Below are positions 52,935-61,856 of a stretch of 64,000 nt of DNA, piece after piece. Within the stretch, counting starts at the first letter, position 1; each line of letters opens with the position of its first letter. The stretch spans positions 160,001 through 224,000 of the forward strand of contig CBDAOI010000003.1 of NCBI GenBank assembly GCA_965198005.1, in the 5' to 3' direction. Made by a program: the position numbers and the translations under genes. Under the pieces are notes generated by a model. It saw nothing but the letters and a program-made list of their open reading frames with translations, made no database searches and was not told where the DNA came from. This DNA is from Spirochaetia bacterium. Its GTDB lineage: Bacteria; Spirochaetota; Spirochaetia; SZUA-6; Bin103.

Positions 52935-53954
52935 ATGGCCAGCACCAAGGCACCGCCAACCAAGCGCTACGAAGTATACGAAGTAGGGCAACCCCGGCAC
53001 GCCCAGCCGCCGGCATTCCCGGGCTGCAAGCCCGTCCGCCTGCCGCGCACCGAGATCGACCGCTTCGAGGGGCGCCTCGAGTATTGGGATTCGGCTACCG
53101 AGACCGCCTGGATCTGCGAGCCCACCACTCCCTATCACGAGCGCCCGTCGCGGCTGTTCACGAGATTGGCGGAGTTGATCGCCAGGGTGCGCGGTTCACC
53201 GATCGAATGCTACGGCTCGATGGACCTGCTGCTGCGCGACGCCGGCGGCGAGCCGCGGCGCATCATGCAGGCGGACGAGTCGGTGTACCTGCATCCGGCG
53301 CGGGCCAAGCCGGGGCCGGCGGCCATGGTGGTGGGCGAGGATGACTTTCCCGACGTGGTGCTGGAGGTGGATCACACTACGGACGCGCGGCGGGGCAAGC
53401 TGGCGCTGTACGAGGACTGGGGCTTTCCGGAAGTGTGGGTGGACGTGCCGGACACGCTGTCGCCGAGGCGGGCACGCGGGCGCCGCCCGGGACTGACGAT
53501 TCATCTGCTGGAGCATGGTCGGTTTCGGGTGGCGGCCGAGAGCCGGGCGTTTCCCGGCTGGCGGGCGGACGAGATTCACCTGGCGCTGAACGAGCCGGCG
53601 CCGTCCGCGCGCACCAGCGCGGTGGTGGAGCGGGTCGGGGCGGCGCTGGGCGCGCGCGCAGGCACCGGCCCGGACGACGACCCGCTGTTGCGCTCGCAAC
53701 GGCGCCAGGGGTTCGAGCGGGGCCGTGCTGAAGGTCGCGCGGAAGGTCGCGCGGCAGGCCACGCGGAAGCCCGTGCACAGATGGTCCGTCAGATCCTGCG
53801 GTCACGGGGCATTGAAGTGTCGGCAAGGTTCTCCACCGATACGGAAGCGGTCGCCGCGGCGTCCGAGGAGGCGCTGCTGGCGGCGGCGCTTGGCTGCGCG
53901 GATGAGGCGGAGTTCCTTGCCGCGCTCCGGCGATTGCGCGCCCCGGGCGGCTGA
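52935..53954 (+). CDS. Uma2-family (PD-(D/E)xK) endonuclease, copy 1
   Basis: QADES.Y, PDVVLEVD, KL.LY..WGFPEVW; C-terminal GRAEGRAEG repeats. Confidence 0.8.
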   Translation: MASTKAPPTKRYEVYEVGQPRHAQPPAFPGCKPVRLPRTEIDRFEGRLEYWDSATETAWICEPTTPYHERPSRLFTRLAELIARVRGSPIECYGSMDLLLRDAGGEPRRIMQADESVYLHPARAKPGPAAMVVGEDDFPDVVLEVDHTTDARRGKLALYEDWGFPEVWVDVPDTLSPRRARGRRPGLTIHLLEHGRFRVAAESRAFPGWRADEIHLALNEPAPSARTSAVVERVGAALGARAGTGPDDDPLLRSQRRQGFERGRAEGRAEGRAAGHAEARAQMVRQILRSRGIEVSARFSTDTEAVAAASEEALLAAALGCADEAEFLAALRRLRAPGG

Positions 53955-53990
53955 GCCGCTCGTCTGGTACACCGTCCCAGGCGCGCTCTC

Positions 53991-54923
53991 TCAAATCGCC
54001 CTGGCGGCATCGGCACCGAGACGTCCGCCACCACCCCGTAGCCTCGGGTCGAGCAGGTCCCGCACCGCGTCGCCGAACATGTTTAGAACGTAAACGGTAA
54101 TCGTCAGAGCAAGACCCGGCCAGAGTGCCAGCCATGGCGCCATCTCCATGTATTGACGCCCTTCCCGGCTGAGCATCCCTCCCCAGCTGGGAATCTGGGC
54201 AGGCAGACCGAATCCGAGAAAGCTCAGCGACGCCTCACTGATAATCACCCCCCCGACGTTGATGCTGAAGATGATGATGAGGGGCGCCATAATATTGGGC
54301 AGGACATGGCGCATCACGATTTGGCTGGTCGGGGTACCCACGGCCCGGGCTGCCAGAAAATAGTCATTCTCTTTAATGCCGATCACGGCGCCTCGGGCTA
54401 CTCTTGAGCTGCCGATGCCCCCTGCTATCCCCAGGACCAGTATTATCTGTAACAGACCTTGCCCCGCTATGGACATAATCGTTAACAAGACCAGCAGTCC
54501 TGGAAAAGCCATCCAGGCATCGACAAATCGCTGCACGACCAGGTCTGATTTACCACCAAGGAATCCCGAAACCCCGCCTATCAGCACAGCGACCACAACA
54601 TTCAGCGTGGTCGCGGCAAGACCAACAAGCAACGAAATACGAGCCCCGTAGAGAATGCGGCTCAAGAAGTCTTGCCCCAGCTGGTCGGTACCCAGCAGAT
54701 ATTGGCCTGATGAGCCCTGCAGCCTGTCTACCATGTGTATCTCATCATGTGGATACGGGGCCAAAACATCAGCGAAGATGGCCACCAGAATCAATATGAA
54801 TACAATAATCCCGGAGGCAGTACCCAGTGGCTTCTCCTTGACCAGCCTGATGAAGAAATCAGCCAGCCGGGAACTTCTCTTCCGCACAATTTCTGCTGAC
54901 GGTATCCCTATGGCGTCGCTCAT
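53991..54923 (-). CDS. Peptide/nickel ABC permease (OppC/DppC-like)
   Basis: LLGTDQLG, EAA-loop region, HVLPN, EASLSFLG, GDAVRDLLDP. Confidence 0.92.
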   Translation of the reverse strand: MSDAIGIPSAEIVRKRSSRLADFFIRLVKEKPLGTASGIIVFILILVAIFADVLAPYPHDEIHMVDRLQGSSGQYLLGTDQLGQDFLSRILYGARISLLVGLAATTLNVVVAVLIGGVSGFLGGKSDLVVQRFVDAWMAFPGLLVLLTIMSIAGQGLLQIILVLGIAGGIGSSRVARGAVIGIKENDYFLAARAVGTPTSQIVMRHVLPNIMAPLIIIFSINVGGVIISEASLSFLGFGLPAQIPSWGGMLSREGRQYMEMAPWLALWPGLALTITVYVLNMFGDAVRDLLDPRLRGGGGRLGADAARAI

Positions 54924-54941
54924 ATCCCCGATTTCTCCCCT

Positions 54942-55901
54942 TTAGCTATAGCGGAGCCTGGGGTCTAAATAAGTATAGATCACGTCTATCATTAGATTGG
55001 CCCCCAGAACCATGGTGGCGAAAACCAGGTTTACTCCGGAGACCACCGGGTAGTCTCTGTCTTCGAGGGCAACCAGCAAGAGACGACCGATCCCTGGCAG
55101 GTTGAAGATGTTCTCCATGATCACGGCGCCCCCGACCAGGATCGGCAACTGCAGGCCGATCAGGGTCACCACCGGGATGAGGGCATTTTTGATGGTGTGT
55201 CGGATAATCACGACCCGCTCCTTGAGACCCTTGGACCAGGCCGTCCGGATATAGTCTTGCCTGAGCACCTCCAGCATCATGGTGCGCGTCATCCGCATGG
55301 TGGCGGCAGCCGAGGCCGTTCCCAGAATCAGGCTGGGGATGATGAGTATCCCAAGATTCCCCAGCGGGTCTTCGGTGAAAGGAATCAGCTCCATCGGGGG
55401 CGACCAGCCCCACCAGAGTGCCGGGTAGAGCATAACCATGGTTCCCAGCCAGAAGTTAGGCGTGGCCAGGCCGACGACGGCGACCGAGCGCCCCGCGTAG
55501 TCGGCGGCCGTGTCCTGGCGAATCGCCGAGTAGATGCCGACCGGCAAGGCTATGACCAGCCCGACGACGATTGCCATGAGACCGAGCTCAATGGTTACTG
55601 GCAATCTAGATACTATCTTCTCCTCTACCGACCAATCGCCCGACAGTGATTCGCCAAGGGTGCCGTGCCGGAGAATAGCCCCTATCCAGCGTCCATACTG
55701 CACGTAGACAGGCACGTCCAATCCAAGCATGCGCTCCATAGCTTCACGGTCAATCGTCCCGTGGCTGTAGTAGGCCATCCGACCCACCATCACGTCTATT
55801 ACATCGCCGGGGATGAAGCGTACTGAGAGAAAGACCAGGATGCTCAATATGAACAGGGTGGGGATCATCAGCAATAACCGCCTGATGATATAGGCTCTCA
55901 C
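54942..55901 (-). CDS. Peptide/nickel ABC permease (OppB/DppB-like)
   Basis: YIIRRLL, PGD, DYIRTAWSKGL, RDYPVV, LDPR. Confidence 0.92.
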   Translation of the reverse strand: MRAYIIRRLLLMIPTLFILSILVFLSVRFIPGDVIDVMVGRMAYYSHGTIDREAMERMLGLDVPVYVQYGRWIGAILRHGTLGESLSGDWSVEEKIVSRLPVTIELGLMAIVVGLVIALPVGIYSAIRQDTAADYAGRSVAVVGLATPNFWLGTMVMLYPALWWGWSPPMELIPFTEDPLGNLGILIIPSLILGTASAAATMRMTRTMMLEVLRQDYIRTAWSKGLKERVVIIRHTIKNALIPVVTLIGLQLPILVGGAVIMENIFNLPGIGRLLLVALEDRDYPVVSGVNLVFATMVLGANLMIDVIYTYLDPRLRYS

Positions 55902-55966
55902 GTGACACACCTCATTGCGATTTCCCCTCTCATTGTGAGCCGCGACTTACTAGGGCGTGCTCAATG

Positions 55967-56004
55967 AAAACAAAGGAGCTGGGAAACTCGAACCTCCCAG
56001 CCCC
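55967..56004 (-). terminator. Intrinsic terminator-like hairpin between SBP and permease genes
   Basis: Minus strand GGGGCTGGGA-GGTTCGAGTT-TCCCAGCTCC followed by TTTGTTTT. Confidence 0.7.
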
Positions 56005-56065
56005 CTACCACCCTATCTATAGCTATAGCTATTGCTAGGGTCTGTCGAAAGTGGCAAAAAAACCC

Positions 56066-57871
56066 CTAGTAGCCCATCTCTTGCTTCAGATCCTGGTCAA
56101 TCCAGAGGCGGGCCGCGACTGCTTTGTGGTCCATGTTTCCCAGTTCGGTTTCACCGTTGAAACCTACGACCCACGGCTGGAGCACGTTCATAAGTGGAAC
56201 TCTAGAACCCCATATATACCAGTGCTTTTCTATAATGTACATGTCTACAAGTTTAGTCAGCCTCTGCCGCTCCTCAGTGGTGGTAGCGGCTTGGACATCT
56301 GCAACCATGGCGTCATAAACCGGGTCCCGGACGTGGGGGGGGTTGAAAGTAGCGTCCGACGTCATTTGCAGTATCTGCCCTATAGGGTTCCACTCGTACC
56401 CCGAAATAAAAGCGAACATATCATAATCACCTTCGTTCATCTTTGGTATAAAACCAGCCCACTCAGACCCCCTAACCTCTACATCGACGCCAACCTCAGC
56501 CCAGTAGGAGGCAGCTAAGTCGTTATAGGCCACATCCCAATGTGGTAAACCCACGTTCAGGACAATCTTTAATCTAATGCCGTCCGCGCCGCGCGGATAT
56601 CCAGCCTCATCAAGCAACGCTTCTGCCCCTTCCGGGTCATAGGTATAGTATCCCTTGACCTCTTCAGGCCAGTCTGCAAATGGAGTGACATACCCTTGCA
56701 TACCGACCCCTAAATACCCCTGAGGTGTCGTATCTGCATAACCCCTCCAGTAGGCAGCGTTAATTGAGTCAAGGTCCAGTGCCATCTGCATTGCGTGCGC
56801 TACCCGGGGGTCGTCAAAGGGCGGCCTTGATGAGTTAACAGGCCAAGACGTCAAAGATCGAAATGAAAACGGCTCCATCAGGATTTCGGGGTTGGTCTTC
56901 CTAAGGCTGTCTACCTGGTCCATGGACGAGAGATAAACGCCGCCAAAATAGGCCAGTAAATCAATCTTAGCCGAGCGTAGTGCCGCCAGACGTGTTGCTG
57001 CATCTGGTATAATCAGCGCCTTTAACGTGTCAACATAGGGCAGGCGATTCTCCGGGTACTTTGCGTCGAAGCCCCAGTAGTTAGGATTCTTGGTCCAGGT
57101 TACGGAGGTGCCCTCGGTCCAGTCAGTCAGCTCAAAGGGTCCAGTGCCGACCAGGTTCCTCCAATCCTTAACGTCGCCGTGTTCCTCGATTACCTCGGGG
57201 GGGTATGTAAAAGTCATAATGGTCGTCAAAATATTCCTTAGCCCGTCAGGATCTGCCTTCGTCAGCTTAAAGACGAGCGTCCATTCGTCGGTGGCCGTTA
57301 TCGATTCCCATGGCAGCTTAACCATCGGATTCGTAGCGTAATAGGCAGCAGGTTCGGTGTAGCCACTGCCCAGACCCAAATAACGGTGCAAGTTATATTC
57401 GATGTCCTTGGCAGTTAGCTCCCGACCGTTCATCGGCGCCTTATCATGCCAGTGTACGCCCTTGCGGATCTGGAAGACGATCGTGGTAGCGTCGGGCGTT
57501 TCCCAGCTTTCAGCCAGGTGCCCTCTAAAGACAGAGTCAGGAAAGTACGTTGTTCTATAGCTAAATACGTCCCTCTCGAATGCCCAGTCCGCGATGGTTA
57601 GCCTCTCTACGACGCCACTGATGAGTGATCCTGCGGTGTGATTGTAATAGACGTCAGCATTCTGCCAGTTTTCGCTCCCACTGGCATAGGTAAGTGTTCC
57701 GCCATACTGCGGCGCCACCACCACCTTGCCGGTGGAGGGGTCGGTCACATATTTCTTGTCGGCAGCGGCTGCCGTCGAGCCCTCGTCTGCGCCAGCGGCC
57801 CACAGGCCGGTTGCGGTCAGAATCAGGACCAACGCAAACGCGAAGGTCATTCTAATAATTGCTATATTCAT
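56066..57871 (-). CDS. ABC transporter solute-binding protein family 5
   Basis: Signal peptide, LAESWE, GTGPF, KNPNYW, PFDDPRV, LLDEAGYP; lower GC than backbone. Confidence 0.92.
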   Translation of the reverse strand: MNIAIIRMTFAFALVLILTATGLWAAGADEGSTAAAADKKYVTDPSTGKVVVAPQYGGTLTYASGSENWQNADVYYNHTAGSLISGVVERLTIADWAFERDVFSYRTTYFPDSVFRGHLAESWETPDATTIVFQIRKGVHWHDKAPMNGRELTAKDIEYNLHRYLGLGSGYTEPAAYYATNPMVKLPWESITATDEWTLVFKLTKADPDGLRNILTTIMTFTYPPEVIEEHGDVKDWRNLVGTGPFELTDWTEGTSVTWTKNPNYWGFDAKYPENRLPYVDTLKALIIPDAATRLAALRSAKIDLLAYFGGVYLSSMDQVDSLRKTNPEILMEPFSFRSLTSWPVNSSRPPFDDPRVAHAMQMALDLDSINAAYWRGYADTTPQGYLGVGMQGYVTPFADWPEEVKGYYTYDPEGAEALLDEAGYPRGADGIRLKIVLNVGLPHWDVAYNDLAASYWAEVGVDVEVRGSEWAGFIPKMNEGDYDMFAFISGYEWNPIGQILQMTSDATFNPPHVRDPVYDAMVADVQAATTTEERQRLTKLVDMYIIEKHWYIWGSRVPLMNVLQPWVVGFNGETELGNMDHKAVAARLWIDQDLKQEMGY

Positions 57872-58033
57872 ACGTTTCTCCGTATGTAGATTTTTCGAGA
57901 GTATTGCGTAGCGGTTGCCGCTCCCTGGCTACTCTGACGCCCGCAACGCGGGCGCGCCCGCCAACGCGGACGGCCAGTCAGAGTCAAATACACTACAAGC
58001 GCGCGGCGTGTGACTCAGCGGGTTCACCCCGAC

Positions 58034-58069
58034 TCACGCCGCGCGCGCGTGCGGTTCTTTGAGTATCAT
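58034..58069 (-). other. Short ORF MILKEPHARAA with strong RBS (leader peptide or truncated gene start)
   Basis: AAGGAGG 5 nt before ATG; stop lies in one arm of a 12-bp perfect stem (57999-58010/58035-58046). Confidence 0.45.
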
Positions 58070-58396
58070 TCGAACCTCCTTCTTCTCTAGATCTACGTCG
58101 CGATCTGCGTTACAACGCCACGCGTGGCGGTGGTCTGAGCAGCAGTGAGTCTGAATAACCGCCAACGCAGGCGGTGGGTTTTGCGCGCAGTTGGTCGCAG
58201 GCGGGGATCCGGCACCGTTGCGGTCGACGGGAAGGGTGCGGGCGGTCTTGATGCCGGTTCGACGATGGACCGAGCCGGCGCCACGGATAGCTACGGCGGT
58301 CGTGAAGGCGCCCGCGTGCGCGGGGTCGCGTACGCGGCGATCAGCCCGAGCGGTTAGTTGTTTCTCGGTTTGAAAAGTGAGGCTGGCGAACAACGC

Positions 58397-58419
58397 GGGG
58401 GGGGGGGGGGGGGGGGGGG
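58397..58419. repeat. Homopolymer G23/C23 tract
   Basis: 23 consecutive G. Confidence 0.9.
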
Positions 58420-58784
58420 TAGATGAACGGAATGGGCCGATGCGGCACCCCGGGCGGCGGTGCTCGGGCGCCAGCAGCGGGGGCCGGTGGCAGGGCTGCA
58501 TTGCGTAGTCAGGCATCATCATCCGTATCCGTTCGAGTCCCCAACCCCGACATCATCGCACACCCGCGCCAAAGCGATCAAGCGCTCAATTGCACTTTTT
58601 TGCACTTTCTTCACTTTTTGTCCAGCGGCCCTGTCGCCGCTGGCGGCTGCACCACCAAGCCCGCCCGGTCACGCCAGAGTCCGCCACGGCACTGCCGGCA
58701 ACTGCCTCGGTCTCGATCGCGTCGCTTTCGAAGGGCCGGCCCGCCGGCCTTGCAGACCCGCGCGAGACGGCCTACGCTGCCGCC

Positions 58785-59768
58785 ATGGCCAGCACCAAGG
58801 CACCGCCAACCAGGCGCTACGAAGTATACGAAGTAGGGCAACCCCGGCGCGCCCAGCCGCCGGCATTCCCGGGCTGCAAGCCCGTCCGCCTGCCGCGCAC
58901 CGAGATCGACCGCTTCGAGGGGCGTCTCGAGTATTGGGATGCGGCCACCGAGACCGCCTGGATCTGCGAGCCCACCACTCCCTATCACGAGCGCCCGTCG
59001 CGGCTGTTCACGAGATTGGCTGAGCTGATCGCCAGGGTGCGCGGTTCGCCGATCGAATGCTACGGCTCGATGGACCTGCTGCTGCGCGACGCCGGCGGCG
59101 AGCCGCGGCGCATCATGCAGGCGGACGAGTCGGTGTACCTGCATCCGGCGCGGGCCAAGCCGGGGCCGACGGCCATGGTGGTGGGCGAGGATGACTTTCC
59201 CGATGTGGTGCTGGAGGTGGATCACACCACCGACGCGCGGCGGAGCAAGCTGGCGCTGTACGAGGACTGGGGCTTTCCGGAAGTGTGGGTGGAGGTGCCG
59301 GACACGCTGTCGCCGAGGCGGGCACGCGGGCGGCGCCCGGGACTGACGATTCATCTGCTGGAGCATGGTCGGTTCCGGGTGGCGGCCGAAAGCCGGGCGT
59401 TTCCCGGCTGGCTGGCGGACGAGATTCATGAGGCGCTGAACGAGCCGGCGCCATCCGCGCGCACCAGCGCGGTGGTGGAGCGGGTCGGGGCGGCGCTGGG
59501 CGCGCGCGCAGGCACCGGCCCGGACGACGACCCGCTGCTCCGTTCGCAACGGCGCCAGGGATTCGAGCAGGGTCGTGCGGCAGGTCGGGCGCAGATGGTC
59601 CGCCAGATCCTGCGGTCACGCGGCATTGAAGTGTCGGCGAGGTTCTCCACCGCCACGGAGGCGTTCGCCGCGGCGTCCGAGGAGGCGCTGCTGGCGGCGG
59701 CGCTTGGCTGCGCGGATGAGGCGGGTTTCCTTGCCGCACTCCGGCGATTCCGCGACCCGGGCGGCTGA
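58785..59768 (+). CDS. Uma2-family endonuclease, copy 2
   Basis: Near-identical to 52935-53954, with fewer GRAE repeats. Confidence 0.8.
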   Translation: MASTKAPPTRRYEVYEVGQPRRAQPPAFPGCKPVRLPRTEIDRFEGRLEYWDAATETAWICEPTTPYHERPSRLFTRLAELIARVRGSPIECYGSMDLLLRDAGGEPRRIMQADESVYLHPARAKPGPTAMVVGEDDFPDVVLEVDHTTDARRSKLALYEDWGFPEVWVEVPDTLSPRRARGRRPGLTIHLLEHGRFRVAAESRAFPGWLADEIHEALNEPAPSARTSAVVERVGAALGARAGTGPDDDPLLRSQRRQGFEQGRAAGRAQMVRQILRSRGIEVSARFSTATEAFAAASEEALLAAALGCADEAGFLAALRRFRDPGG

Positions 59769-59839
59769 CCTCGCCCGCGCAGCCGGCGTGCCCGACGAGG
59801 CGGCATGCAGGTGGCGGACAGGCATGGCCGCCGGCCGTA

Positions 59840-60802
59840 TCAGGCTGACCGGGCGGCCTTTTGCAGGGCGCGGCGGGCGCCTTCGATGGCGCGGGCGCTC
59901 ATGCCGCCGCTGCCGAGGCCGGCGCCACCGCCGCCGCCCCGCAGCCGGGGATCGAGCAGGTCGCGCACCGCGTCGCCGAACATGTTGAGGCAGTACACCA
60001 CCACCGTGAGCGCCACCCCCGGCCACATCGCCAGACGCGGCGCCATCTCCATGAACTGGCGCCCCTCGCGGCTCAGCATGCCGCCCCAGCTCGGCACCGT
60101 GGTCGGCAGCCCGAACCCCAGGAAGCTCAAGGACGCTTCGGCGATGATGATGCCGCCGATCGTGATCGAAAACACGACGATCACCGGCGCGGTGATGTTC
60201 GGCCACACGTGGCGCTTGAGGATGTGCCAGGGAGCGCTGCCGATGGCACGCGCGGCCTCGAAGTAGGGGTTCTCCTTGATGCCGATCACGGCGCTGCGGA
60301 TCACCCGCGAGTTGCCGATGCCGGAAGTGACGCCGAGCACGACGATGATCTGCAGGATGCCCTGGCCGACGATGGTGATGATCGTCAGCAGCAGCAACAG
60401 GCCGGGGAAGGACATCCAGGCGTCGACGAAGCGCTGCACCAGAATGTCCAGCTTGCCGCCCGCGAAGCCGGCCACGCCGCCGACCAGCAGCGCCACCACG
60501 GTGCTCAGCAGGGTGGCGGCAAAGCCCACCCCGAGCGAGGTGCGGGCGCCGTACACCAGCCGGCTCAACACGTCGCGGCCGAGCTGGTCGGTGCCCAGCA
60601 GGTAGGTGGCCGACGGGTCGCCCAACCGGTCGACCAGGTGCATCTCGGCAAAGGGAAAGGGCGCCAGGACGTCGGCCAGGATGGCGATCACCGCCAGCAC
60701 CAGGACTACCACCGCGCTCGCCGCCCCCAGCGGCCGCTCCCCCACCAGCCGCCGCAGCAGGTCGAGCAGAAACGGCCGCGGTTTCGGCTGAGTCGGTCGC
60801 AT
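59840..60802 (-). CDS. Peptide/nickel ABC permease (OppC/DppC-like)
   Basis: LLGTDQLGRD, YFEAARAIG, EASLSFLG, GDAVRDLLDP. Confidence 0.92.
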   Translation of the reverse strand: MRPTQPKPRPFLLDLLRRLVGERPLGAASAVVVLVLAVIAILADVLAPFPFAEMHLVDRLGDPSATYLLGTDQLGRDVLSRLVYGARTSLGVGFAATLLSTVVALLVGGVAGFAGGKLDILVQRFVDAWMSFPGLLLLLTIITIVGQGILQIIVVLGVTSGIGNSRVIRSAVIGIKENPYFEAARAIGSAPWHILKRHVWPNITAPVIVVFSITIGGIIIAEASLSFLGFGLPTTVPSWGGMLSREGRQFMEMAPRLAMWPGVALTVVVYCLNMFGDAVRDLLDPRLRGGGGGAGLGSGGMSARAIEGARRALQKAARSA

Positions 60803-60812
60803 GCGCCAGACT

Positions 60813-61778
60813 CTACCGGTACTGCACCCGCGGGTCCAGGTAGCCGTAGAGGATGTCGATCATCAGGTTGATCGTCATCACCGCGGTCGCGAAGAACAGG
60901 TTGATGCCCGACACCACCGGGTAGTCGCGCACGTTGAGCGCTTCCAGCATCAGTCGGCCCAGACCCGGCAGCGCGAACATGTTCTCCATGATCACCGAGC
61001 CGCCGATCAGGATCGGCAGCTGCAGGCCGACCAGCGTCACCACCGGGATCAGTGCGTTCTTGATCACGTGGCGGAGGATGATCACCCGCTCCCTGAGTCC
61101 CTTCGCCCAGGCGGTGCGGATGAAGTCCTGGCGGAGCACCTCCAGCATCATCGTCCGCGTCATGCGCATGACGGTTGCCGACAGGTAGGTGCCCAGAATG
61201 AGGCTGGGAATAAGCATGAAGCCGAGGTTGCGCAGCGGGTCGTCGGCGAACGCCACCATGCGCAGCGGCGGCGCCCACGCCCACCAGATGGCGGGAAAGG
61301 TCAGCACCAGGGTGGCGAGCCAGAAGTTGGGCGTGGCCAGGCCGATGATGGCGATGGAGCGCCCCGCGTAGTCGCCGGCCGTGTCCTGCCGCACCGCCGA
61401 GTAGATGCCCACCGGCACGGCGATGACCAGCCCGATGAGTATGGCGAGGACGCCCAGCTCGATGGTGATCGCCAGCCGGCCGATGATCTTCTCCTCGACG
61501 GTGGCGCCGCCGAACAGCGAGTCGCCCAGGGTGCCGCGCAGGACGATGCCGCCGAGCCAACGCACGTACTGCACCGGCGCCGGCACGTCGAGCCCGAGCA
61601 TGCGCTCGACTCGCTCGCGGTCGAAGTACGCCGCCCCCCCTTGGTCCTCCGCCACCCGGGCCATCATGGAGTCGACGACGTCGCCGGGCAGGAAGCGCAC
61701 CGAGAGAAACACCAGGAGCGTCAGCAGCAGGAACGTCGGGATCAGCAGCAGGACGCGGCGGATGATGTAGGTTCGCAT
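60813..61778 (-). CDS. Peptide/nickel ABC permease (OppB/DppB-like)
   Basis: MRTYIIRR, DFIRTAWAKGL, RDYPVV, LDPR. Confidence 0.92.
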   Translation of the reverse strand: MRTYIIRRVLLLIPTFLLLTLLVFLSVRFLPGDVVDSMMARVAEDQGGAAYFDRERVERMLGLDVPAPVQYVRWLGGIVLRGTLGDSLFGGATVEEKIIGRLAITIELGVLAILIGLVIAVPVGIYSAVRQDTAGDYAGRSIAIIGLATPNFWLATLVLTFPAIWWAWAPPLRMVAFADDPLRNLGFMLIPSLILGTYLSATVMRMTRTMMLEVLRQDFIRTAWAKGLRERVIILRHVIKNALIPVVTLVGLQLPILIGGSVIMENMFALPGLGRLMLEALNVRDYPVVSGINLFFATAVMTINLMIDILYGYLDPRVQYR

Positions 61779-61793
61779 GGTAGGGCGTCTCGA

Positions 61794-61827
61794 AAGTGGG
61801 ACGGCGGCCTGTGCCGCCATCCCACTT
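61794..61827. terminator. Stem-loop between SBP and permease genes (terminator or mRNA stabiliser)
   Basis: AAGTGGGACGGCGGC-CTGT-GCCGCCATCCCACTT. Confidence 0.6.
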
Positions 61828-61856
61828 CGTCATCTGCCAACAGTGAAGCTGCTACG

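Noticed and set aside
58555-58575. sigma54 promoter TGGCGC...TGC on the minus strand
   Set aside because: GG-to-GC spacing is 9 nt rather than the required 10.
52935-59768. Diversity-generating retroelement (template/variable repeat) explaining near-identical repeats
   Set aside because: No reverse transcriptase in the window, and differences between the copies are not adenine-specific.
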